Origin: Oikopleura dioica
Taxonomy: Eukaryota; Animalia; Chordata
Assembly (NCBI GenBank): GCA_907165135.1
Contig: CAJRAX010000009.1
Coordinates: forward strand, 1 to 64,000
Length of the DNA: 64,000 nucleotides
Direction: 5' to 3'
Shown here one piece after another: positions 11,708 to 21,034 of this stretch. The first letter of the stretch is position 1. Every line of letters begins with the position of its first letter. The notes below the pieces were generated by a model. It worked only from the letters and a program-made list of their open reading frames with translations. It searched no databases and was not told the DNA's origin. The position numbers and the translations under genes were made by a program.

Positions 11708-12774
11708 TGGTGAACACGCAAGACTCCAACTTCAAGGTTAATAAAATGCCCGAAGAATTACTTTTTGCCACTTTTCCGTCCCTCAATTCTCGTCAATTTT
11801 TTCGGCCTAATATGCTGTCTTATGAATTTACAATTTCCAAGAATAATTTGAGCGATAAAATTTCTGCAATGCGAAAAATTTTTGACAAAAGTATTAAGGA
11901 TCACAATCGAGAGTCCGACCGCAATAATTTAGAAAAAGCTTTTGACAGACAAGTCGTAGACTGCATTCGCAATAATTGCTCTCACGAATTTATGAATAAT
12001 TATGGGCGGGAAATGGCGAATTTCGAAAATATGGATGAAGTTTTTGATTTCCTGGAATCTGTTTTCGGAAGTGAATCTGAGGAAGAAAAGCGAGAGCGGG
12101 CGGGAGTCGAACTAGAAAACCTTTGTCGACGATCGGAAATGAATGAGAAGTTTTCGTCATTTTTGACACGAATTAAAACCGTCGCCGAGCTTATTTCTGA
12201 TAAACAAGATGCTAGAGACTTTATTATTAACGCTCACTTTATGAAAAGCCTTGAGCCAGCGAATAAGTCGTTTTTACGTGATCATGGAGTCAGTAAAAAG
12301 AGTGCTCAGGAGATTGCCACATTTTTGGACTCACGGGAGCGATTTTTGACTGTGAATGTTTCTTCGATCGAGTCGGCAAATCTTACGTCCTTTGTTGATC
12401 GAACGAGCGAACTTTTGGATTCAAAATTGACTCAGATGGAATCAAATTATGAGCGCAAAAATTCGGAATTACTTGAACAGATAAAACAATTAACAGCGAC
12501 TGTAGCAAAGATAGAGCTCGAAAAGAAGGTCAAAAATGAGGAAATTAGCAGGCCAGCTAACCCGCCGGCCTCAGCAAATTTTATTCCGCCGTTTCCGTTC
12601 AGATTCCAGCAACCTCCCCAAGCGGCCCCTTTTTGCCGAAATTGCCAACAATGGGGTCATGTTAAGCCGAGGTGCCCCAAAATTAAATGCTACGAGTGTC
12701 AGGGTTTTGGTCATATCGGGCGAAACTGCTTGAAACGACGGGAAAATAGCACTCAGGATCAATCAAAAAACTAA
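11707..12774 (+). CDS. gag: Gag polyprotein of element 2
   Basis: ATG 11707 (MVNTQDS...) lies within the 11647-12774 ORF; two CCHC knuckles CRNCQQWGHVKPRC and CYECQGFGHIGRNC. Confidence 0.93.
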   Translation: MVNTQDSNFKVNKMPEELLFATFPSLNSRQFFRPNMLSYEFTISKNNLSDKISAMRKIFDKSIKDHNRESDRNNLEKAFDRQVVDCIRNNCSHEFMNNYGREMANFENMDEVFDFLESVFGSESEEEKRERAGVELENLCRRSEMNEKFSSFLTRIKTVAELISDKQDARDFIINAHFMKSLEPANKSFLRDHGVSKKSAQEIATFLDSRERFLTVNVSSIESANLTSFVDRTSELLDSKLTQMESNYERKNSELLEQIKQLTATVAKIELEKKVKNEEISRPANPPASANFIPPFPFRFQQPPQAAPFCRNCQQWGHVKPRCPKIKCYECQGFGHIGRNCLKRRENSTQDQSKN

Positions 12775-12812
12775 ATTTTGGAACGAATTCTGGTCAAATT
12801 TCCGTTCCAAAA
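12765..12812 (+). promoter_or_regulatory. -1 ribosomal frameshift signal (A_AAA_AAC plus 10-bp stem)
   Basis: Heptamer 12765-12771 directly before the gag TAA; TTTTGGAACG (12776-12785) pairs perfectly with CGTTCCAAAA (12803-12812). Confidence 0.88.
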
Positions 12813-15800
12813 ATCTCCATCAATAAAATAGGCGAACAATTTTATGTAACTGTAAATATTTTTAATTCACCTGTTCGATTTTTATTAGATACTGGATCAC
12901 AATTAAATTGCATTTGTAAGAAAAACATACCAAAAAACATAAAAATCCAAAAAACAAAAACTGAAGCGGTAAATTACTCCGGCGGACAAATTGATATTTT
13001 GGGAAAGGTCGAAGCGGATATCATCATTGAAAATGTAAATTGGGGAAAATCAGAATTTTACGTTGTTCCTGACAATTTGAGCCCTATTTTGGGAGTGCCA
13101 GCTATTCAAGATAACGAGATAATGATAAACCTTCACCGTCGTAAAATAATTCAATCAGGACCAATTGAACGGTTTGCAAAACTTAATCAAATTAAAACAG
13201 ACGATAATTTTGAAATCAACGAGGACAAAAATAAGGATCGTGAATATGATGGTTTTTCTACCGATAACTTTTCTTTTAGGCCTAAATCAGAATGCATAAT
13301 TGATTTGAAAATCAAAGATCTTGAAAAATCGAAAAGTCTTTCATTTGATCAGTCTAATCTAGGAAATTCTAAATTGCAGCTTATCCCAAGCTTTCAAGTT
13401 GTCGATAAAAATTGCCCAAAATTTCGTCTTCTTATTATAAATCCAACAGACACAGTCATCAAAATTCCTGCGGGTACAGTTTTTGTTAAATTACATGAAA
13501 TCGTTGAAATAGCGAGAATAAAAAACATAAAGCATAAAAACCTTAAAAATATTTCCGTCGGTAAAATTAACTCTTCGAAAATAAAAATTGATTTTGACGC
13601 TCTTTTAGATGATTTTGCACATCTTTTGTTGGACGAGGATGACTCGCTTCCAGAATGTACAATTGAAAAATTTTCAATAGACACAGATACAGACTTCCCC
13701 ATTTCTTCAGCCCCGTTTCGCACTCCTTTTAGCTTGAGGAATGTTTTAAGAGATCTTTTGGATAAATTTATGGATAATAAATTTATAGAGCGATGTTCTA
13801 GCCCGTGGAATAGTCCGAGTATTCTTGTAAGAAAAAAAGATGGACGATTTCGTCTTGTCATTGATTTCAGAAAGTTAAATGATGTGACTATTCAGATGCA
13901 CTACCCCCTGCCAAATTTAGAGGATTCGTTGTCGTATTTAGATAAAAGTACTATTTTCTCTTCGATAGACCTTATTAAGGGGTTTCATCAGATCGCTTTA
14001 ACAGAAGAATCAAAAGATAAAACGGCATTTTCGAACGAGTTCGGTCAATTTAGATTTTTACGCATGCCTATGGGCTGTCGAAATGCACCAAGTTTTTTCA
14101 TGAGAGTAATTGATCAGGCACTAAAAGGTGTAGATAAAACCGAAATATTACCGTACATGGACGATATTCTTATTCATAGTAAAACAGAACAAGAGCATTT
14201 TTTGAACCTCAAAAAATTTTTTCATATTCTAGATGCGAATAATCTTAGGATAAACTCTCGAAAAGCTTCATTTTTTACAAGGTCGGTGACATTTTGTGGC
14301 TATTTTATTTCTCAGGGTAATATTTCTCCTTCAACGGATAAAATTCAGGCTATAAGAAATCTTAAAATTCCTAGTTCTAAGGAGAGTGCGCAAAGTCTTT
14401 TTGGACTTTTAAACTTTCATCGTAGATTTATAAAAAATTTTTCGGCAATAGCATTACCAATTACAAAAACTTGGAGAAACGGGTTTAAATGGACAGACGA
14501 GGCTTCGAGCGCGTTAAGCAAGCTTCAAAATATTATATGCGATAATGCAATGAAGCTCAAAATACCCCCAGTAGACAATGCGCTTTTCGTTTTAGAGACA
14601 GACGCGTCAAATAATGCATACGGTGGGGTACTCTATATTTGTGAAAAAAATTGTAGGGATAATTCTCATCACCATTCTAGTGAGTGTTTGATCCCTGTAG
14701 GCTATAACAGTGGTAATTTTAACGAAACTCAATCACGATACACAATTAAAGAAAAAGAATTATTTTCCGCCAAACAATGCATGATGAAGTGGTCAATCTA
14801 TCTTTCTTACAATAGTTTTGATTGGATTACAGATAATTCAAACATTAAATACGTTCGAACACTAAGAACCTATAATCAAAAAATCACGAGATGGATAACG
14901 GAAATTCAAGGATTTAATTTTAGAACAATTCAAAAACCCTCGTCAAAAATGCAGATAAGTGACTGTTTGAGTAGACAAACTACGATTCAAAATCAGCCCC
15001 TTATAAATTCAATTAAAATAACTCAAAAACAATTTTGCGAGCTTCAGATGCTTGATCCTCTTTTAACCAAGATAAGAAAATTTTTGACGATAGATAGATG
15101 GCCTCACAATCCATCAGGTGATATAACATTTTATTGGCTTTTGAGAGAAAATTTGACTATTTCGGAAAATGATCAAATTATTTTTTTCGATGATTCAGGA
15201 AATAGACGAATTTTAGTTCCAAAAAGTTTAGAGAGTGAACTTATTAAAAATTACCATGAATATTGCCACGCTGGAATCGATCAAGTTTTTTCAAAAATAT
15301 CCGTCAAGTATATATGGCCTAGAATGCGTCAAGCAATAAGAGAATTTGTTAGAACATGTTCGTATTGTCAAAAAGATAAGCCTGATTTTCACCCCAATAA
15401 AGCGCCGGTTTTGACCTTCAAAACACCAAACGGACCTTTTGAAGTTTTTGGATTCGATCTGATCACGTTACCTCCAACTGATCATGGAAATAAATATGTA
15501 ATGGTAATGATCGATTTTTTCTCGAAATTCGGATATTGTGAACCTCTTAAATCTCGTAATTCTAAATATCTCCTTGAAAAATTTAAAAGTGTGATTTTCA
15601 AAAATCCAATTTATCCAAAAATTGTTGTGCTCGACAATGCTAGGGAACATTCAGAGATCGAGAAATTTATGAAAGAAAATCATATAGACCCTCATTTTAC
15701 TCCTCCAAGGCATCCTTCTTCTAATGGGCAAGTGGAAAATTATAATCGAACCCTTAAAAGTAGATTACGTGCACGTTGTGGGTTAGTAAATTGGGATCAG

Positions 15801-17342
15801 AACCTTCAAGAGGTTGTCCATGACCTTAATTCAAGCGAGCATTCAGTCACGAAAACATCCCCTTATTCCCTTCAAATGGGCGTGAAAAACGCTCATGACA
15901 TTTTTGATCCAAATTTTAGGGCTTCTTTCGAAAAAAGTGATATTGATTTTCAACAAATTAAAAAATTGATCGAAGATGAAAAACAAAATAGGCTTGAGAA
16001 ATTTTCAAACCCAAAATTTGTGCCTTATCAAATCGGCGACATGGTTCTTATCAAAAATTTCGACGCGAAAAAACCAGCTTTTCTTGGGCCGTATAAAATA
16101 AAAAATAAATCGAAAGAGGGAACTTGGTATACAGTCGCGTCTGATGATAAAGAGTTTCGGCGACACGCTGATCATTTGAAAAAATTTAACGCGCGAAAAG
16201 AGGATTCGGAAGATTTAGGTCTCTCAGTTGAACTTCCAGATATTCAAGACGATTTTTCGACCTTCCACAAAGACAATGTTTTCGAGCGAGAAAGTTTTTC
16301 AAGTGGTTTTTATTCTTGTCCACCTATTTCAATGAAGGAAGATGAAATAGAAGAAAAAATAGACAACATAGTTAATTCATTAATTGATATTGTTTTTGAG
16401 AATATTTTTTCAGACTTGATTGTTGATACAATTGAATCTATGGAATCTTCCTCTGAGGAAAGTTCTTGTGTATCAATAATCGAGAATGAACAGAGTTTAA
16501 GAGAGCCCGATAGTTCGCAAAATATTGAAGCGATACCTAAACCTGACGATTTTCCGGTCTCTGGGTCCCTTATTTCATCTGATTCGGAGTGGGAAATTGA
16601 GGAAAATTCTCATTGGGAAGTGACGGTAGACGAAGAATTATCTACGGTTGAAACAGAAACAGTCCATGAAAATATAATAACGGAAGATCAAGAACCCCTT
16701 ATTTCTTACGATAAATTAGATATTTCGGCAAATCGGAAACGCGAAAGAGAATCATCGAAAGACTCCATTCCTTGCTCTAAAATACCAAATTTAGACCCAA
16801 AAGATAGCTCTGATGAAGAGTCAAATGATATGTCGGAAATGATTTGTGAAAACTTCGATACTTCAATAACATTTAAATTAGAAAACGAGCATGAAAGTTT
16901 TTTCCAGAGAATAGAATCGAGAATTGAGGAGCTTGAAGAGAATATGGCAATTGAAAATGGGTGTATTTTGAAGTTGGGTGAATTAACAAAAGAAGCACTT
17001 AGATTTATCTTGCATAAGTTTGATGTTCAATATTTGACAACGGAAACGATATCAGATCTAAGAATAAAAATAAGAGAGTATATTTGGAAAAATCACCCTA
17101 ATTGGCGAAAAAATGCATGCGGAGAGTTACTTTTCTTTTCAATTTTAAATTTGAAAAAGGAAAAAACTCTTTATGATTTGAAAAAACCTGAATTGAAAGT
17201 TCTTATTGCTGAGTATAACCTGCCAAAATGTGTTTTGCAAAATAAGTCAGAAATGATTTTATTTATTAATTCTGCTTTTGAAAAATTATATCCGAATCAT
17301 CCAAAAAAGAACAATGATCTCATATTCGGACCAAATATCTAA
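12765..17342 (+). CDS. pol: Pol polyprotein of element 2 (PR-RT-RNaseH-IN plus acidic linker and C-terminal duplicated domain), read by -1 frameshift
   Basis: Frame is open from the slippery site (KKLNFGTNSGQ...LLDTGSQ) into the 12999-17342 ORF; YMDD, LETDAS, HEYCH..CSYC, GFDL/VLDN/VENY, GPY motifs. Confidence 0.95.
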   Translation, partial: KKLNFGTNSGQISVPKISINKIGEQFYVTVNIFNSPVRFLLDTGSQLNCICKKNIPKNIKIQKTKTEAVNYSGGQIDILGKVEADIIIENVNWGKSEFYVVPDNLSPILGVPAIQDNEIMINLHRRKIIQSGPIERFAKLNQIKTDDNFEINEDKNKDREYDGFSTDNFSFRPKSECIIDLKIKDLEKSKSLSFDQSNLGNSKLQLIPSFQVVDKNCPKFRLLIINPTDTVIKIPAGTVFVKLHEIVEIARIKNIKHKNLKNISVGKINSSKIKIDFDALLDDFAHLLLDEDDSLPECTIEKFSIDTDTDFPISSAPFRTPFSLRNVLRDLLDKFMDNKFIERCSSPWNSPSILVRKKDGRFRLVIDFRKLNDVTIQMHYPLPNLEDSLSYLDKSTIFSSIDLIKGFHQIALTEESKDKTAFSNEFGQFRFLRMPMGCRNAPSFFMRVIDQALKGVDKTEILPYMDDILIHSKTEQEHFLNLKKFFHILDANNLRINSRKASFFTRSVTFCGYFISQGNISPSTDKIQAIRNLKIPSSKESAQSLFGLLNFHRRFIKNFSAIALPITKTWRNGFKWTDEASSALSKLQNIICDNAMKLKIPPVDNALFVLETDASNNAYGGVLYICEKNCRDNSHHHSSECLIPVGYNSGNFNETQSRYTIKEKELFSAKQCMMKWSIYLSYNSFDWITDNSNIKYVRTLRTYNQKITRWITEIQGFNFRTIQKPSSKMQISDCLSRQTTIQNQPLINSIKITQKQFCELQMLDPLLTKIRKFLTIDRWPHNPSGDITFYWLLRENLTISENDQIIFFDDSGNRRILVPKSLESELIKNYHEYCHAGIDQVFSKISVKYIWPRMRQAIREFVRTCSYCQKDKPDFHPNKAPVLTFKTPNGPFEVFGFDLITLPPTDHGNKYVMVMIDFFSKFGYCEPLKSRNSKYLLEKFKSVIFKNPIYPKIVVLDNAREHSEIEKFMKENHIDPHFTPPRHPSSNGQVENYNRTLKSRLRARCGLVNWDQNLQEVVHDLNSSEHSVTKTSPYSLQMGVKNAHDIFDPNFRASFEKSDIDFQQIKKLIEDEKQNRLEKFSNPKFVPYQIGDMVLIKNFDAKKPAFLGPYKIKNKSKEGTWYTVASDDKEFRRHADHLKKFNARKEDSEDLGLSVELPDIQDDFSTFHKDNVFERESFSSGFYSCPPISMKEDEIEEKIDNIVNSLIDIVFENIFSDLIVDTIESMESSSEESSCVSIIENEQSLREPDSSQNIEAIPKPDDFPVSGSLISSDSEWEIEENSHWEVTVDEELSTVETETVHENIITEDQEPLISYDKLDISANRKRERESSKDSIPCSKIPNLDPKDSSDEESNDMSEMICENFDTSITFKLENEHESFFQRIESRIEELEENMAIENGCILKLGELTKEALRFILHKFDVQYLTTETISDLRIKIREYIWKNHPNWRKNACGELLFFSILNLKKEKTLYDLKKPELKVLIAEYNLPKCVLQNKSEMILFINSAFEKLYPNHPKKNNDLIFGPNI

Positions 17343-17403
17343 TATTCAATTTGTTTCTTCCTTAAAAGATGCTCCGAAAAAAGATACCCATGAGTGGTCA
17401 TAC

Positions 17404-18433
17404 TGATACGAATAAAGGAAAGAACACAAGAAAAAAAATGAAAAATTGAATATCCCAGTCACATAAATATTTTCGCCAATTAGGTTGATTAGGCATGAAT
17501 TTCACAGTTTTATGTTCCGACGATTTTCGGAGCCAAATCTCGGATGCTTGCATGAATTCATAAATCTCTATTTTTCCCTCATAACGTACGCGTTATTTCA
17601 CAAATCAAAGGCACATTAGCCACCCGTTTCGGCGGTTCTTTATTTAACTCTTTCTAGTGCTCACTACTTCTTTTATTTAATTTTTGAACTGGTAATTATT
17701 ATTGATGAATCAAGCTGACTCTTCTATGTCTTCAAAACGATGATGGCAATTCTTCTTGACGATAAAAAATCGATCGGCATTTTCTACTACTACAACAGAG
17801 CTGTTGCATGGATTTCATCCTCTAGCTGAGTTCCGCTTTAAGCGGCTTGACAGTGTGACCCCGTGCTCCTCGGGATGGCGCTGTCTGTAAGTACTCCTAG
17901 GTAGGCAAAATTGATTGAACACTTTTCTGGCTCGCTTAAGGAAAGCTGACCACTCTCCTCAAAACCGACAGAATTGCAGCTTCAACAATGGCGGCGACTT
18001 CTCTGGCAACAACGACGACTACGCAATGGACTGACAACGATTATTGGAACTGGCTTTGGAAAAGTATTAGTAAAAATTTATTAAATTCTATCAAAAAGGG
18101 ATATGGCCACATAGTGGGAAGTTGAACTTTTTGATAAAATTTATTTCTTGGGATTAATTTCGAAGCGAACGTGGCTGTTTCGGCGAATTTCGATTGACAG
18201 AAAAACAATTGCGCGAAAAGCGCTCACCATATTTGGAAAGAAAAACATGGCGCGAAATGCGCCGCGCCTTATTTGGAAAGAAACGCACCTGCGCGAAATG
18301 CGAATTGAAAATTTGAAAATTTGAAAAATCACTCTCTCCATACTCAAAATAATACAGCCACGTTTTGAAATTTTGGCGTCATTCTTTGCAAGAATTCTAG
18401 CTAAGAGAGCATTTGAGCAGCAAATCGGTATCA
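17404..18433 (+). repeat. 3' LTR of element 2
   Basis: Direct repeat of 10680-11707, followed by TSD GTCAT. Confidence 0.97.
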
Positions 18434-19741
18434 GTCATCGTTATCATGAATCGCCCAAAAACGAGATCAAAGTTTTGAAATTTCGTTTTTTGCCCTTATT
18501 TTATTTGCAGCGTTTTTGCCGTCTTCCGAGCGTCATTTTGGGTGATTCTGAGCCTCTCAAACCCAACAGAAAAAAAATTCAAAAAAAAAAAAATTTTTTT
18601 TCGATGGTCATCGTTATCATGAATCGCCCAAAAACGAGGTCAAAATTTTTAAAATTCGTTTTTTGCCCTTATTTTATTTGCAGCGTTTCTGCCCACTTCC
18701 GAGCGTCATTTTGGTTGATTCTGAGCCTCTCAAACCCAACAGAAAAAAAATTCAAAAAAAAAAAATTTTTTTTTCGATGGTCATCGTAATCATGAATCGC
18801 CCAAAAACGAGGTCAAAATTTTGAAATTTCGTTTTTGCCCTTATTTTATTTGCAGCGTTTCTGCCGTCTTCCGAGCGTCATTTTGGTTGATTCTAAGCCT
18901 CTCAAACCCAACAGAAAAAAAATTCAAAAAAAAAATTTTTTTTTCGATAGTCATCGTTATCATGAATCGCCCAAAAACGAGGTCAAAATTTTGAAAATTC
19001 GTTTTTTGCTCTTATTTTATTTGCAGCGTTTCTGCCGTCTTCCGAGCGTCATTTTGGTTGATTCTAAGCCTCTCAAATCCAACAGAAAAAAAATTCAAAA
19101 AAAAAAAATTTTTTTTCGATGGTCATCGTTATCATGAATCGCCCAAAAACGAGGTCAAAATTTTGAAAATTCGTTTTTTGCCCTTATTTTATTTGCAGCG
19201 TTTCTGCCGTCTTCCGAGCGTCATTTTGGTTGATTCTGAGCCTCTCAAACTCAACAGAAAAAAAATTCAAAAAAAAAAATTTTTTTTCGATGGTCATCGT
19301 TATCATGAATCGCCCAAAAACGAGGTCAAAATTTTGAAAGTTCGTTTTTTGCCCTTATTTTATTTGCAGCGTTTTCCGTCTTCCGAGCGTCATTTTGGTT
19401 GATTCTGAGCCTCTCAAACCCAACAGAAAAAACCCAAAAAAATATTTTTCGATGGTCATCGTTATCATGAATCGCCCAAAAATGAGGTCAAAATTTTGAA
19501 ATTTCGTTTTTGCCCTTATTTTATTTGCAGCGTTTCTGCCGTCTTCCGAGCGTCATTTTGATTGATTCTTAGCCTCTCAAACCCAACAGAAAAAATTCAA
19601 AAAAATTTTTTTCGATGGTCATCGTTATCATGAATCGCCCAAAAACGAGGTCAAAATTTTGAAAGTTCGTTTTTTGCCCTTATTTTATTTGCAGCGTTTC
19701 TGCCGTCTTCCGAGCGTCATTTTGGTTGATTCTGAGCTTCT
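18434..19741 (+). repeat. Satellite A array, ~8 monomers
   Basis: Same unit as 8820-10679. Confidence 0.98.
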
Positions 19742-21034
19742 TGATACGGAAGCGGCTGTCCTGCAGGAATTTTGCTCGATCTCTAACTCTAGAATGCCAA
19801 GCGAAAATAACGAGAATCAAATTTAAAATTTGCGTGGTTTTATTTGTGATTTGAATGCCGGAAAAAGGCGCGACGCGGGGTTAAATAGCAGCGAGATTCA
19901 ATCAGTGTTTTTGAACAAGCGGTTGTTTTTGAAAAACAATTTTTCTTTTGAAAACAAGGAAAAGAGCCCGTGGCTTTCTTTAGCGGTTTTCTTGCGGGAA
20001 ATCCTTTCGGATCGATTTCTTTTCGGATGATGAGCTGGTCGAACTTGCCAAGCAAGTTATTTTCAAAGGATTTTGAAGCCGGCGCCGCGCGTGACGAGAT
20101 AAAACGCAAATTAATTTTTTTTGATAATAAAAAGCAGAAAATAATAACAGCCACTAAAACTTCTCACTATGTGACCGTAGAAGTGACTGTTAATTAGGAT
20201 TGAAAAATATAAAAGGATGAGAAAAGAAAAAGAATATGTACAAAATTTTAACAAATAAATTGAATAAAATTTGGTCAGGATTTTATAAAATAAATTTATC
20301 AAAATTGAAATCATAGAAGAAGCAAATTCCAAGGAACATACCCGGGGGAAGTTACTGTCGCGGTTCGCACCGTATCTTCTCTTACGGATGAGCTAGTTTG
20401 CGACAAGCGGACGCACTGACAGAGAGTTTGTCCGACCCCACGGCACCGAGATGATACGACGGTTTATCGGCTCGTTGGAGTAGTTGTTGTTGAAGAAGGT
20501 GTTGACGGCTATCTTGTTGTAGAAGTTGAATCGTATGAACTGTCAATAATCGAACTTTTAAAATCGCAAAGCAATGATAAGAAATATCAATAAATAGATT
20601 AAACATGCGGTTTTGCGAATTGCATATTTTTGATGAATGGACGTCAGATCGCACTAGAATAGTCAGAAACAAATTAAGATTTTTTCCAAAGTATGCGTAC
20701 ATACACATTAATCCTAGACTGAATAAACCCTTAATTAATTTCCGACCCGTTGACTATGATGAGAGCATATGAGCATTCCAATGATAAAAGTAGAAATCGT
20801 AAAGAGATGACATGATGATAACACAATTTTGGGTCAATCTGGCTCGTAAAAACTGACCATCTTTTCATTTTGAGAAGAATATCGTGAAATGATTTTTGGA
20901 AAAATGTCTGATCAATTTGGTGATACCAAGCTGACAAGACAAATTTAAACTAACGTAGAACCGAATTGACGTAAATATTTGGCCGTGAAATAAATTTTTT
21001 GTGTTGCTTGAGGCGTTGTTCCCGAAGGATATCA
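19742..21034 (-). mobile_element. Solo LTR (family 4), 1293 bp
   Basis: TGATA...TATCA ends; TSD CTTCT at 19737-19741 and 21035-21039; carries the shared GGTCACATAGTGAGAA motif (20164-20174) and the three-way-junction motif (20342-20443) on the minus strand; no coding remnant. Confidence 0.88.

Larger units (their letters stand above)
10680..18433 (+). mobile_element. Ty3/Gypsy LTR retrotransposon, element 2 (family 2), apparently intact
   Basis: LTRs 10680-11707 and 17404-18433; TSD GTCAT at 10675-10679 and 18434-18438; uninterrupted gag and pol. Confidence 0.98.
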
